DNA from: Trueperaceae bacterium
Lineage (GTDB): Bacteria; Deinococcota; Deinococci; Deinococcales; Trueperaceae
DNA length: 64,000 bases
Reading direction: 5' to 3'
Assembly: GCA_965214405.1 (NCBI GenBank)
Contig: OZ243956.1
Location: forward strand, 3,072,001 to 3,136,000
Numbering within the stretch: the first letter of the stretch is position 1; every line of letters starts with the position of its first letter. The notes under the pieces were generated by a model. The model worked only from the letters and a program-made list of their open reading frames with translations, ran no database searches and was not told the DNA's origin. Below, one piece after another: positions 20,438 to 30,976 of the stretch. The position numbers and the translations under genes were made by a program.

Positions 20438-21586
20438 TCAACGTGCGCCCCGCCAGGGCTCGAGCACCTCGCGCGCCCTCGCCCGGCCCACCTCGGTAAG
20501 GGCTAATACGGGGCTCTGCGCTTTCCTCTCAATAAACCCCTTGTCCAGGCTCCGCTCGTACACCCGCTTTACTTTGTTCTCGCTCCAACGCAGGTGGGTG
20601 CGGAGCGCGCTCAAGTTGTTTTCTTCTTTCGGCTTGGCCCTTTCGTGGTGGTAGAGGTGAACCAACAGCGTCCTTTCGGCGTTCTCGAAGCGCTGCCGCC
20701 GCCTGCGCGCCTCTTGCGCCAGGAGGCCGTAGCGCGGGCCTAACAAAAAAGCCAACGCCAAAAAAACTCCCGTCGCGCAGGCCATCATCCCGCCGATAGA
20801 CACGTCGAACGAGACGGCGGCGGTGTAGCCGAGGATGCTCGAGAGGATTGAAATCACTACGCCCCAAAAAATCATCCGCCAGAGTTTGTCGGTGAGCAAA
20901 TACGCCGCGGCCACGGGCACGATCACAAACGCCACGAACAACACCGAGCCCACCGCGTCAAAGGCGGCCACCGCGGTCACGCTCGTTAAACTCAGCAGCC
21001 CGTAGTAAAGGAGCGTGGGCGAGAAGCCCAGCGCGGCGGCGAGGCCTGGGTCAAAGGTGCTGAGCTTGAGTTCTTTGTAGAACACGACCACAAAGAGCCC
21101 GTTGAGGAGCGTGACGACGCCCAGCGTCAGGAGCGCCTGCGGCACTTCGAAGCCCAAAAGCGGCACCGTATCCAACCAAACAAAGCCGATTTCGCCCAGC
21201 AGCACCGCGTCGACGTCGATGTGAACGTCCCGCGCGTACACGTTAATCAGCACCACGCCGACCGCGAACATGAGAGGAAACACGAGCCCGATGGCCGCGT
21301 CGTCTTTGACCCGTCCGCTGTTCGCCAAGAGCCCGGTGAAAAAAACCGTCGCCACGCCCGCCAACGCCGCGCCGACGATCAAAAAGGGCGAGAACTGGTC
21401 GCCCGTTACCAGATAACCCAAGACGATACCCAGCAGCACGGAATGCGAGATGGCGTCGCTTAATAAGCTGCTCTTGCGGAGCACCAGAAACGCCCCGACG
21501 AGCGACGAGGCCGCGCCGACGAGCGCGCCGACCGTCATGATGATGAGGTCGGGGGACTCAAAAAAGAGGGTGAGCGCGCCCCTCAC
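20438..21586 (-). CDS. Mn/Zn/Fe ABC permease (ABC-3) with C-terminal wHTH extension
   Basis: LLSDAISHSVL, KELKLSTFDPG. Confidence 0.9.
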   Translation of the reverse strand: MRGALTLFFESPDLIIMTVGALVGAASSLVGAFLVLRKSSLLSDAISHSVLLGIVLGYLVTGDQFSPFLIVGAALAGVATVFFTGLLANSGRVKDDAAIGLVFPLMFAVGVVLINVYARDVHIDVDAVLLGEIGFVWLDTVPLLGFEVPQALLTLGVVTLLNGLFVVVFYKELKLSTFDPGLAAALGFSPTLLYYGLLSLTSVTAVAAFDAVGSVLFVAFVIVPVAAAYLLTDKLWRMIFWGVVISILSSILGYTAAVSFDVSIGGMMACATGVFLALAFLLGPRYGLLAQEARRRRQRFENAERTLLVHLYHHERAKPKEENNLSALRTHLRWSENKVKRVYERSLDKGFIERKAQSPVLALTEVGRARAREVLEPWRGAR

Positions 21587-22743
21587 GGCGTGTTTCCCAT
21601 CCGGGCGAGCGTGTCTCGAGCCCGCTCATACCCCGCGTCGGTCAGCCGCCAGTGCTCGGCCTCCTCGGGCATGTGGGCGGTGGGGGCGACGAGGCCCTGG
21701 GCCTCGAGCCGCCCCAGCACCGACCGCGCGCTAAAGCCGTAGTACGAATTCAGCATTCCCTCCTCGGCGGGATAATGGGGATCGTCGTGCGCCTGCGCGA
21801 GCTTAAAAAGGTCGTCCAAAACCCGCTGCGCCCGCAAATTCACGCGGTTGCGCCGCGCGGCGAGCCCGGCCCAGAGAAAGCCGCGCCCCGGCGCGATAAA
21901 AAGCGACACAAAAACGATGACTGAGATGCAAATGACGATCATCGGCCCCGTCGCCAGGCCGCGCCCGGTCGCGCTCAGCAGCGCGCCCGCCACGCCGCCC
22001 AACGCGCCGAAAAGGGCGGCGAGCACCGTCATCGTCCCCAACGACCCGCTCCACTGCCGCGCCGCCGCGCCGGGCGCGATGATCATCGCCGTCATCAGCA
22101 CCACCCCGACGAGCTGCAAACCGATCACCACAGCGAGCGCGATGGTCACGATAAGGAGCACGTCGAGCGCCAGGACGGGCAGGCCCAAACTACCGGCGAA
22201 ACCGGGGTCAAAGGTGCTAACCTTGAATTCTTTCCAAAAAAGCAGTACCACCCCTACCGTCACAAGCGTCACCACGCCCATCACCCATACGTCACTCGGC
22301 AACATCGCCGCCGCCTGGCCGAACAAAAACGCGTCTAGGCCAGCCTGCCCCGCGTTGTTTTGGTTGCCGATGTGGGTCAAGAGCACCAAGCCAAACGCAA
22401 ACGACACGCTCAAGGCCGCGCCGATGGCCGCGTCCGTCTTGAGGCGGCTGCGGCGGATGAGGAGCAGCATAAAAAGCGCCGCCACCGCCCCCGTGAGGAG
22501 CGCGCCCGCGAGAATCGGCACGAGCAGCCGCCCGCCCGCGATTAAGAAGCCCAGGCAGACCCCCGGCAGCGCCGCGTGGGAGAGCATATCACCCAACAGG
22601 CTCTGCTGGCGCAACACCGCGAACGAGCCCAAAACGCCGCTGGAGACGCCCAAAAGCGCCGCGCCCAGCATCACGTTGCGGAGGGTGAAGTCGGTAAAGA
22701 AATCGACGAAGGACGTGAGAATGGGGGCGAGGGAACCGTCCAC
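21583..22743 (-). CDS. Mn/Zn/Fe ABC permease (ABC-3) with C-terminal extension
   Basis: SLLGDMLSHAALPG, KEFKVSTFDPG. Confidence 0.9.
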   Translation of the reverse strand: MDGSLAPILTSFVDFFTDFTLRNVMLGAALLGVSSGVLGSFAVLRQQSLLGDMLSHAALPGVCLGFLIAGGRLLVPILAGALLTGAVAALFMLLLIRRSRLKTDAAIGAALSVSFAFGLVLLTHIGNQNNAGQAGLDAFLFGQAAAMLPSDVWVMGVVTLVTVGVVLLFWKEFKVSTFDPGFAGSLGLPVLALDVLLIVTIALAVVIGLQLVGVVLMTAMIIAPGAAARQWSGSLGTMTVLAALFGALGGVAGALLSATGRGLATGPMIVICISVIVFVSLFIAPGRGFLWAGLAARRNRVNLRAQRVLDDLFKLAQAHDDPHYPAEEGMLNSYYGFSARSVLGRLEAQGLVAPTAHMPEEAEHWRLTDAGYERARDTLARMGNTP

Positions 22744-23616
22744 TCAGACCTCCTCGGGAATCCTCACGCGCTGGGTGAGGTGGGCAGGAGCCGCCTCTTG
22801 CTCTGGTTGCGCTGTTTCTGGTCCTACTTCTTGCGCCCCCTCGAGCCCGCCCCCCACCCCGCTCCCTAACAACGCAATCTGACCCCCATACGCCGCCCGC
22901 AGGTTTTCCGCGGTGTACACGCGTTCCACCGGCCCCTGCGCAATCATGCGAACGTTTAGCAGCACCATCCAGTCAAAATACTGCGCCACCGTCGCCAGGT
23001 CGTGATGCACGACGATGACCGTTTTGCCCCCCGTCCGCAGCGCCTTGAGGAGGTCGATGATCGCGCGCTCGGTGGTCGCGTCCACCCCGGCCATCGGCTC
23101 GTCCATAAAGTAGAGGTCGGCGTCCTGGATGAGGGCTCGAGCCAAAAACACCCGCTGCTGCTGCCCGCCCGAGAGCTGCGAAATCTGCCGGTGGGCAAAG
23201 GCCTCCATGCCGACTTGTTCCAAAGCTCCCTCGGCTAGGGTTCGCTCCTTGCGCCCCGGTCTTCGAAACCAGCCCAGGCGCCCGTAAAGCCCCATCGTCA
23301 CCACGTCGAGCGCGGTGGTCGGAAAATCCCAATCGACCGAGGACCGTTGCGGCACATAGCCCACCCGCCGCCGCTCCTCGCGGTAGGGCGCGCCGTGGAT
23401 ATACACGTGACCCGCCGCCGGTTTCACAAGCCCCAGCACCGTTTTGATGAGCGTCGACTTGCCTGCGCCGTTGGGGCCGACAATCGCGGCCAGCACGCCC
23501 GGCGGCACGTCCAAGTCGATATCCCATAAGACAGGTTTGTCAGCGTACGAGACGGTTAAATCCTCGACGTGAAGCGCCAAATCGGGCTCGTGGACGGCGC
23601 TCGCAAGGGAGGTCAT
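22744..23616 (-). CDS. Metal ABC transporter ATP-binding protein
   Basis: [26 protein letters not shown] overlap with the SBP gene. Confidence 0.93.
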   Translation of the reverse strand: MTSLASAVHEPDLALHVEDLTVSYADKPVLWDIDLDVPPGVLAAIVGPNGAGKSTLIKTVLGLVKPAAGHVYIHGAPYREERRRVGYVPQRSSVDWDFPTTALDVVTMGLYGRLGWFRRPGRKERTLAEGALEQVGMEAFAHRQISQLSGGQQQRVFLARALIQDADLYFMDEPMAGVDATTERAIIDLLKALRTGGKTVIVVHHDLATVAQYFDWMVLLNVRMIAQGPVERVYTAENLRAAYGGQIALLGSGVGGGLEGAQEVGPETAQPEQEAAPAHLTQRVRIPEEV

Positions 23617-24569
23617 AAACCCGCTTGTTCCCACGCCGCCAGACTTTCAGGTAAAGGTGGTGGGGTTCCGCCTGACGCCTCGGTGATGGTCCGGGTGTTG
23701 CTCACCAACATGCCGATATAGGAGCCTTCCGGCGTGCCGGTCTCACCAAAGGCGTCGGAAAAGAGCGCGCCGCCCAAGGCGACCTCGAAGCCGCGGTCGC
23801 GCGCCGCCGAGCGGACCGCCTCGATGGTGCGCGGGTTGATGCTCGTCTCGACAAAAAGCGCGGGCACCTGCCGCGCTACCACCGCGTCCACCACGCTGCG
23901 AATATCGGTCAGGCTCGCCTCGGCCTGGGTGCTGATGCCCTGGATGGCGACGACCTCGAGCCCGTACGCCCGCCCGTAATACGCAAACGCGTCGTGTGCG
24001 GTCACTAAAGCGCGCTGTCCTTCGGGGATGGTGGCGACGCTCGAGCGAACCCAGTCGTTGAGCGCGGCCAACTTCGCCTCATAATCGTCCGCACGCGCTT
24101 GCACGCCTTCGGCGCACTCGGGGCGCAGGGTGCCTAGTTCGTCCGCTATCACCTGGGTGATGTTTTGCCACAGCGCCACGTCCATCCACAGGTGCGGGTC
24201 GACGCCGTAGGCGCTCGAGGTCTCAATCAACCTTTCCCTGGGCACCGCCGCCTCGGCCACGGCCACGGTGGGCGTGCGCCTGCCGAAACCCTCCAAAACC
24301 TCGCCCAGTTGGCCCTCCAAGGCGTAACCCGCGTAAAAAATCACCTCCGCGTCTTGGAGCGTCCGGACGTCGCTCGCGCTCGCTTTATAAAGGTGCGGGT
24401 CGATGCCCGGTCCCATCAGCGTGGTGACGCTTACGCAATCCCCGCCAACGGTTTCAACTACATCCCCGACCATGCCGACCGTCGCTACGGCATTGAGCGG
24501 GGTGTTCGTGGGCTCGGCTTGTGCGAGCGCAAACCCCCACAGTAAAATAAATCCGGTCATCCATTTCAT
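23613..24569 (-). CDS. Mn/Zn ABC substrate-binding protein (TroA/MntA-like)
   Basis: [27 protein letters not shown] metal ligands. Confidence 0.93.
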   Translation of the reverse strand: MKWMTGFILLWGFALAQAEPTNTPLNAVATVGMVGDVVETVGGDCVSVTTLMGPGIDPHLYKASASDVRTLQDAEVIFYAGYALEGQLGEVLEGFGRRTPTVAVAEAAVPRERLIETSSAYGVDPHLWMDVALWQNITQVIADELGTLRPECAEGVQARADDYEAKLAALNDWVRSSVATIPEGQRALVTAHDAFAYYGRAYGLEVVAIQGISTQAEASLTDIRSVVDAVVARQVPALFVETSINPRTIEAVRSAARDRGFEVALGGALFSDAFGETGTPEGSYIGMLVSNTRTITEASGGTPPPLPESLAAWEQAGL

Positions 24570-24636
24570 CGTGAATCCTCTCAATTTTTCTATTTTTAGT
24601 ATTTGCCATCACTCATTAAGCAAAGCTCAAAATAAA

Positions 24637-24652
24637 TTTAGCTCTACCTAAA
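24637..24652. promoter_or_regulatory. DtxR/MntR-type operator
   Basis: TTTAG-CTCTAC-CTAAA just downstream of the operon -10 box. Confidence 0.75.
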
Positions 24653-24656
24653 CTTT

Positions 24657-24685
24657 AGCTTAAACTTACGTCGTGGCGCTGTCAA
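24657..24685 (-). promoter_or_regulatory. Sigma70 promoter of the metal ABC operon
   Basis: TTGACA-N17-TAAGCT on the minus strand. Confidence 0.75.
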
Positions 24686-24715
24686 GCGAACATCTTTATC
24701 CGGCGGACGGCCTTA

Positions 24716-25369
24716 TTAAATGATTTCGGCGTGGATGGCGGCGGCGAGGGCGGGGGAGAGGGCGACGGGGCGGCCCTCGCGCTCGACGGTCACCGGCCCG
24801 TCAAAGGGGGCGCGCTCGAGCACAGCGACCGTCACGCCTGGCACGAGGTCGTGCTCTGAAAGGTATTCGAGCACCTCCCGGTTTTGGTTGGTGATGCGGG
24901 TGATTTTTGCCACTTGCCCAAGCTCGAGCTCAGTTAACGGCCTACCCAAACTCTGCGGCAACGAGCCGTCGCGCCCTGGGATGGGGTCGCCGTGCGGGTC
25001 GTGTGTGGGGTTGCCCAGCGCCTCGGCGATGCGGTCCTCAAAATCCTCACTGATGTGGTGCTCGAGCCTCTCCGCCTCGTCGTGAACCTCGTGCCACGGG
25101 TAACCCAGCGCCTCGGCCAGATAGGTCTCGATGAGGCGGTGGTGGCGCAAGGTTTCCAAGGCAATCTTGCGCCCTGCCGGGGTGAGGGTGACGCCGCGGT
25201 ACTTTTCATACTCGATAAGCTTGAGCGCGCTCAGCTTTTTGAGCATCCCGGTCACGCTCGCAGGGCTCACGCCTAGCGCGTCGGCGAGGGCCTGCGTTTT
25301 GGCGTCGCCGAGTTCGAAAATCGCCTTGAGATAGTCCTCGACGGCGCTCGAGAGCGGCTTGTCAGTCAT
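24716..25369 (-). CDS. mntR: DtxR/MntR family metal-dependent repressor with FeoA domain
   Basis: EDYLKAI, SVTGMLKKL, RHHRLIE, EAERLEH, DPHGDPIP. Confidence 0.92.
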   Translation of the reverse strand: MTDKPLSSAVEDYLKAIFELGDAKTQALADALGVSPASVTGMLKKLSALKLIEYEKYRGVTLTPAGRKIALETLRHHRLIETYLAEALGYPWHEVHDEAERLEHHISEDFEDRIAEALGNPTHDPHGDPIPGRDGSLPQSLGRPLTELELGQVAKITRITNQNREVLEYLSEHDLVPGVTVAVLERAPFDGPVTVEREGRPVALSPALAAAIHAEII

Positions 25370-25414
25370 GTCGTCTCTGGTTTCGTTTCCTCGCCACGCC
25401 CCAAGGTTACCATT

Positions 25415-25430
25415 TTTAGGCGCAGCTAAA
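25415..25430. promoter_or_regulatory. Second DtxR/MntR-type operator
   Basis: TTTAG-GCGCAG-CTAAA between mntR and the divergent DMT gene. Confidence 0.7.
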
Positions 25431-25531
25431 TCTCCGGGCAATTCACTCACGCTTCCTTCTGTTCGCTACCCGTAGCCCCACTGTTCTCCGCAGCTCTCGA
25501 GGCGCTGCATAGACGCTGTATAAAGGAATGT

Positions 25532-26464
25532 ATGGGAAGCAGAAGCGTCACCTATTCACAAAACAACCTCCTCACCTACAGTTACCTCCTGCTGGGGATG
25601 ATTATTTTCGGTAGCGGCACCCCCATCAGCAAAATTGTCACGGGCGCGTTCCCCGTGTTTGTCGCCTCGGGGCTGCGGATGGTGGTGGGGGCGCTCCTGC
25701 TGCTGCCTTTCGTGCTCTTTCGTAAGGAGGGCCGAGAAAAACTGGCGGCTTTGGAAAAGCGGGACTGGCTCGTCGTTTTTGCGGTCGCGCTGGTTGGCAT
25801 GTTCGCGTTTAGCGTGCTCATGCTCTACGGTATGAAACTTGTGTCGGGCGTGGTCGGGAGCATCGTCATGAGCGTGACGCCCGCCGTGACCGCGGTGGGG
25901 TCTTTTGTATTTCTCAAGGACAAGCTGGGCTGGCGCAAGGCCGCAGGCGTCGCGCTCGCGGTCGGGGGCGTGCTCGTCCTTAACCTGGCCGGGGGCGGCG
26001 AGGGGTCGGGGAGTAACGTCGTTTTGGGCAGCCTGCTCATTTTCGGGGCGGTCTGCGGCGAGGCGGGGTATACGCTGCTCGGTAAGGTGGCGACGGAGCG
26101 CCTGAGCCCCCTCATGCTGGCGGGGCTGTCGGCGGGGCTGGCGGCCATACTTTTTGTCCCCTTCGCGCTTTTCCAGTGGGGCTCGTTTGACATCGCTGCG
26201 GTCTCAACGGGCGACTGGCTGGCGCTCGCCTGGTGGGGCGGCGGCACCTTGGCGCTGGGCTCGTGGCTCTGGTACCGGGGCGTCGAGCGGGTCGAGGGGA
26301 GCACCGCCGCGGGCTTTATGGGCGTGATGCCCGTGAGCGCCCTCGCGCTCTCTTACCTCCTGTTGGGCGAGCCCTTCGTCTGGATTCACCTGCTGGGTTT
26401 CGCCATCGTCCTGTCGGGCGTCCTCTTTATCGCCTGGTCGCACGCGCGAATGGCGGACGCTTGA
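25532..26464 (+). CDS. DMT/EamA family transporter
   Basis: About 10 TM helices in two EamA-like repeats. Confidence 0.88.
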   Translation: MGSRSVTYSQNNLLTYSYLLLGMIIFGSGTPISKIVTGAFPVFVASGLRMVVGALLLLPFVLFRKEGREKLAALEKRDWLVVFAVALVGMFAFSVLMLYGMKLVSGVVGSIVMSVTPAVTAVGSFVFLKDKLGWRKAAGVALAVGGVLVLNLAGGGEGSGSNVVLGSLLIFGAVCGEAGYTLLGKVATERLSPLMLAGLSAGLAAILFVPFALFQWGSFDIAAVSTGDWLALAWWGGGTLALGSWLWYRGVERVEGSTAAGFMGVMPVSALALSYLLLGEPFVWIHLLGFAIVLSGVLFIAWSHARMADA

Positions 26465-26488
26465 TGGTTGGCCTGCTGTTGAGTCCGT

Positions 26489-27568
26489 TCAAGCGTCCTT
26501 ACCGATAACGTCCTCGAGCCCCCCCGCCCCACTCTCGTCAAGCCTCGCCAACAGCCCCTTGTTGATGTCCTTGAGAAGCCCCGGCCCCCGGTAGACAAAA
26601 CTCGTATAAAGCTGCACCAACGAGGCCCCGGCGCGTAGCCTTTCCCACACGTCATCCGCGCTAAAAATACCGCCGACGGACACGAGCGGCAGCGCGTCCC
26701 CAACTTGGACGCGCAAGTAACGCAGCAGCTCTAAAGACCGCGTTCCCAGAGGCCGCCCCGAAAGCCCGCCTGCTTCGTTTATGGGATTGCGGAGACCGGC
26801 TCGAGCCACCGTCGTGTTGGTAGCGATGAGGCCGCCCAGACCGAATTCCAACGCCAGCCTCACAATTTCGTCAAGCTGTTCGAAAGATAAGTCGGGCGCG
26901 ATTTTGAGGAGAATGGGTTTACGGGCGGGCTGATTCGCGGCGTAGCCTGTGACGGTGTCTAAAAGGCGCTCGAGCCGCCCCCCCTCCTGCAATGCCCGCA
27001 ACCCCGGCGTGTTGGGCGAACTCACGTTGACGGCAAAATAGTCGGCGTAGGGCCAGAGCGTTTCCAGTGAGGCTAAATAATCGCTCGGCGCGTCGTCCAA
27101 AGGTGTTACCTTGGATTTGCCCAAGTTGATACCCAGAGGTGTTGGAAGGGTTTTTCGCCGTAGAGCTTCGAGCCGCGTCGCCACCGCTGCCGCGCCGCCG
27201 TTGTTAAAGCCCAGCCGGTTGATTAAGGCCTCATCCTCCGGCAATCTAAAAAGCCGGGGTTTCGGGTTGCCGGGCTGCGCCTGCGCGGTCACGCTGCCCA
27301 CTTCGGTAAAGCCGAAACCCAGCGCGGGCCAGGTGGGCACCGCGAGCGCGTTTTTGTCAAAGCCCGCCGCCAAGCCTACAGGATTAGGGAACGTCAGGCC
27401 AAAGCGCCGGACGGTGAGCCGGGGGTCTTGGACGCTGTAGAGGCTCGAGAAGAGCCGCAACGCGCCAGGGTGGCGACCTGCGCGGGCGAGTTCGCCCATC
27501 ACCCGGTCGTGGACGGTTTCGGGGTCGGCGCGAAAAAGGAGGGGTTTGAGGAGGGCGTAGGCGGTCAC
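26489..27568 (-). CDS. pyrD: Quinone-dependent dihydroorotate dehydrogenase
   Basis: NPVGLAAGFDKN, GNPKPRLFRL, NVSSPNTPGLR, KIAPDL, GGLSGRP. Confidence 0.96.
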   Translation of the reverse strand: MTAYALLKPLLFRADPETVHDRVMGELARAGRHPGALRLFSSLYSVQDPRLTVRRFGLTFPNPVGLAAGFDKNALAVPTWPALGFGFTEVGSVTAQAQPGNPKPRLFRLPEDEALINRLGFNNGGAAAVATRLEALRRKTLPTPLGINLGKSKVTPLDDAPSDYLASLETLWPYADYFAVNVSSPNTPGLRALQEGGRLERLLDTVTGYAANQPARKPILLKIAPDLSFEQLDEIVRLALEFGLGGLIATNTTVARAGLRNPINEAGGLSGRPLGTRSLELLRYLRVQVGDALPLVSVGGIFSADDVWERLRAGASLVQLYTSFVYRGPGLLKDINKGLLARLDESGAGGLEDVIGKDA

Positions 27569-27707
27569 TCAGGTACTAACTTTAGCATGAGGCATAGAAG
27601 AAGCCCCACACGGAGCTTCTTTGCGAACTCTTATCTTGGTCTCTGTTGTAGATTTCTCTGACGGAGACTCGAGCGACGGATTCAGACGGCTTGCCTCTTA
27701 CTTCTAC

Positions 27708-28424
27708 CTATTTCTGCGGCGGCTGGCTCGGGCGCACCTCGACGCGGCTCGGCAGCGTGCGGGGGTGCATGGTGAGCAAATCCACCACCAGCTTGGCGAT
27801 GTCCTCGGGCTGAATCTTCCAGGCGTCTTTCTCGGTCGGGGTGTGGTCGTTAAAGTGCGTGGCGACCGAGCCCGGCATGATGTACGAGACTTTGACGCCC
27901 TTTTGGCGCAGGTCGAGCATCACCGCCTCGGAAAAGCCGTTGAGGCCAAACTTCGAAGCGTTGTAGGCCGCGCCGCCCGCAAACGCGTTTTTTCCGGCCA
28001 GCGACGAGATGTTGATGATGTACCCCTCGGCCTTTTTTAACTCCTCCACCGCCGCCTTGACGCTGTAAAACGCGCCCGTGAGGTTCGTGTCCACCGTGTC
28101 GTGCCACTCTTCTACGCTCATCTCGTCGATAGGCGCGAAGCGGCCCACCCCGGCGTTGGCGATAAGCACGTCCAAACTGCCAAACTCGTCTACCGTCTTC
28201 TTGACCGCCTGGACCTGCTCATCCATATCGCGGACGTTGCACTTGACGCCAATGGCGCGGCCCGGTCCCGTTTGGGAGAGTTTCTGCGCCGCCTCTTCAA
28301 CTTCGTCTTGATGCCGGGAGGTCACCGCGACGTTCGCGCCCTCCCGAACCAGGAGTTCCGCCACGCTGTAACCGATGCCCTTGCTGCCGCCTGTGACGAG
28401 CGCTGTTTTTCCGTTAATGTCCAT
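27708..28424 (-). CDS. SDR family oxidoreductase
   Basis: TGGSKGIG, NAG, YNASK. Confidence 0.93.
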   Translation of the reverse strand: MDINGKTALVTGGSKGIGYSVAELLVREGANVAVTSRHQDEVEEAAQKLSQTGPGRAIGVKCNVRDMDEQVQAVKKTVDEFGSLDVLIANAGVGRFAPIDEMSVEEWHDTVDTNLTGAFYSVKAAVEELKKAEGYIINISSLAGKNAFAGGAAYNASKFGLNGFSEAVMLDLRQKGVKVSYIMPGSVATHFNDHTPTEKDAWKIQPEDIAKLVVDLLTMHPRTLPSRVEVRPSQPPQK

Positions 28425-28544
28425 AACGCGAACCTAACAGGAAAGTGGGGGACGTTTTGAAGCGTTGCTGACAAAGGGGGGGTGCTCCTGATTCACGGCG
28501 GAGGACGTTTTACCGCATGTTCTGGTTCAGCGGTGAGTACGGAT

Positions 28545-30020
28545 TCAGGGAGTGAGGGTGGGGCTGACCTCGAGCAGACCAAACTCGCGGTTGTATATCT
28601 CGCTGAGCCACCTCGCAAACACCGCGCCCGGTGCCGGTGCGTCTTCTGCGAAACCTGGCAGGGGATAGCGAACAGAGACCACAGCCGCCCACAGGCCCGT
28701 GCTGCTCTCAAAAATCCTTCCGTCCTCTACGCGCACGCCCCACGCTTCATATTTGGCACCCACCCCCTCAGCTTCGGCCCGACGCGCGTCCTTTAAGCGC
28801 GCCGTTAGCACCGCCGCCGCCCCCTGCGCTGTCTCGCCGTCCTCATAAAGCAGGGCGACGGTGCCGACCTGCTCCGGTCCCGCCTGGCTGTCGGCGAGTA
28901 CGGCGAGACCGTAGGGGGGTAGGGGGTCACCCTGCGGCGCGGTCTCAGGGGATAGCAGTATTCTCGAGGGGTTCTCCATCATGCCAAAAGGATCGTTGGG
29001 GACAAAACCCAAATCAGCAAAATTCCAGAACTGCGCCTGAACAAGCGTACCCTCTTCTGAAGCGAGGGCTTCGGCGAGCGTCCGGTAGTCCGCCGCGTCG
29101 GCGAGGGACGGGTCACGGTCATCGTGGCTGTCTACGATGGCCTGCGTCATCGCGGCGGTGGGGGTGTTGGCGAGATAGTCCGGGAAGACCGCGAGACGCG
29201 TCGCCTTGCCCAAAGAGCCGACAAAGGGGTCACCCGGTTCCCGACCCGCGATGTCGATACTGTATTCCTCCCCCTTTTGCCAAAGGGTCGTGCCCTGGTA
29301 GGTCGTTCTTTCGAAGTCACGCCCTGAGAGTTTCTCTGCCAGCTTGTCGGGGTCGGGTGTGGCGGCGAAGAGCGTGCCGACGTTGGGCGGCGTGCCGTAG
29401 GCGAGCGCGCGGCCAATATCAAACCACTCAAAACCCAGCAAATCGGGCATCTCTCCAATCATGATCGAGAGGTATATGAGCAGGTCGTCCGGCCCGCTGC
29501 GAACGCGTCCCAGCGTTTTTAGCCAAATTCGCTGCGCCTCGGGTGACATCGCGGCGAAATCCTCTGCGGTCTGTGGTGAGGCAGGGTTTGTCGCAAACGC
29601 CGCCCCGAAATCCACAAAGCTCACGCTGGGCACCCCCTGGCGGGCCGTGACGGTGTCGGGCACAAGCGAAAGCATACTCAGCAAGGGCGTCTTTTCAGCA
29701 AGCGGCACGTCCGCCTGCTGACGCGTCAGCACCAAGTCCTGCGTTTCGTCCCCGTCCAGCGTGAGCCGCAGCGTGTCGCCCTCGAGCGCGCCCGTCACGT
29801 CGGCGCCGTCCTCGAGGGTGCCGCTTAGCTCATTCCCCTCCATACGGACCTCGAATGAGCTGAACACGCCGTAGCCGGGTGCCAGGGTAGCCACCAACCC
29901 TTCGGGGGTCTCTTCTAAAAAAACCGAGACTTGCTCCTCTTTGGAGACAAACTTGCCCGGCGCGACCTGCGCGAACGCCATAGTGAAACTCAAAAGTAAG
30001 GGTAGAACCAGGTAACGCAT
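28545..30020 (-). CDS. Secreted hypothetical protein
   Basis: Signal peptide MRYLVLPLLLSFTMAFA, GGAG RBS, long ORF. Confidence 0.7.
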   Translation of the reverse strand: MRYLVLPLLLSFTMAFAQVAPGKFVSKEEQVSVFLEETPEGLVATLAPGYGVFSSFEVRMEGNELSGTLEDGADVTGALEGDTLRLTLDGDETQDLVLTRQQADVPLAEKTPLLSMLSLVPDTVTARQGVPSVSFVDFGAAFATNPASPQTAEDFAAMSPEAQRIWLKTLGRVRSGPDDLLIYLSIMIGEMPDLLGFEWFDIGRALAYGTPPNVGTLFAATPDPDKLAEKLSGRDFERTTYQGTTLWQKGEEYSIDIAGREPGDPFVGSLGKATRLAVFPDYLANTPTAAMTQAIVDSHDDRDPSLADAADYRTLAEALASEEGTLVQAQFWNFADLGFVPNDPFGMMENPSRILLSPETAPQGDPLPPYGLAVLADSQAGPEQVGTVALLYEDGETAQGAAAVLTARLKDARRAEAEGVGAKYEAWGVRVEDGRIFESSTGLWAAVVSVRYPLPGFAEDAPAPGAVFARWLSEIYNREFGLLEVSPTLTP

Positions 30021-30166
30021 CTGCTCTCCTTTGTTCCTCTTAGCAGGCAAGTAGCTGAGTATAAGGCCTGTGGTTCTTTTGGTGCCGGTGCATCCTGCCT
30101 CAACCGGTTCGTCGCTACACCATTCGACCACGCGAAAATCATTTAGCCTCCGCGTATGCTAAGGGC

Positions 30167-30973
30167 GTGGACAAATCTAAAAATGAAACCGTTCATGAGC
30201 AGGTCAAAGCGCAGTTCGGCAAAACGGCGGCGGCGTACGTGACGAGTGCCGGTCACGCCAAAGGAGACGAACTCAAACTCATGGTCGCCCTTGCGGGTGA
30301 GCTTAGGGAAAGACGCGTGCTGGACGTGGCGACGGGTGGCGGTCACACGGCGCTGGCTTTTGCAAGGGCCGGGGCGGAGGTGACGGCAACCGACCTAACG
30401 CCGGATATGCTGAGAGCGGCTAAAGCTTTTATCGCCGACGCAATAACCAATAAAGACGGGGCGCTGCGTTTTAGGCTCGCGCCCGCCGAAAAACTCCCTT
30501 TTGAGGATGCGGCCTTCGAGGTCGTCACCTGCCGCATCGCCGCGCATCATTTCGCGGACCCCCAGGCGTTTGTAAAGGAGGCGGCACGGGTTTTGGTGCC
30601 GGGTGGGATGTTGATGCTGGTGGATAACGTGGCCCCGATTTCTCCTGAGCTTGCCGAGGCGATGAACCGTATCGAGCGCGAACGTGACCCCAGCCACGTG
30701 GAAGCCTACAGCGTGCCGCGCTGGGTGGCGTGGCTTGCCGGGGCGGGCCTCGAACCCGTCCACCTCTCACGTTGGGAAACGCACAAACCTTTTGAGGCGT
30801 GGCTGGCTCGAGCCCAAACACCAGAGGACGCGGGCCGAGCCTTGGAAACGTACGTCCTCGGCTTGCCCGCGTCCTTTAGGGATTATTTTAGGGTGAAGGC
30901 GGAGGGGAGCCGCCTCGTCTCGCTCGCGCACGAAGCGGCGCTCCTCGTTGCGCGGCTCGGCCCCGTTTCTTAA
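30167..30973 (+). CDS. Class I SAM-dependent methyltransferase
   Basis: VLDVATGGG, LPFEDAAF, CRIAAHHF, RVLVPGG. Confidence 0.9.
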   Translation: MDKSKNETVHEQVKAQFGKTAAAYVTSAGHAKGDELKLMVALAGELRERRVLDVATGGGHTALAFARAGAEVTATDLTPDMLRAAKAFIADAITNKDGALRFRLAPAEKLPFEDAAFEVVTCRIAAHHFADPQAFVKEAARVLVPGGMLMLVDNVAPISPELAEAMNRIERERDPSHVEAYSVPRWVAWLAGAGLEPVHLSRWETHKPFEAWLARAQTPEDAGRALETYVLGLPASFRDYFRVKAEGSRLVSLAHEAALLVARLGPVS

Positions 30974-30976
30974 CCC

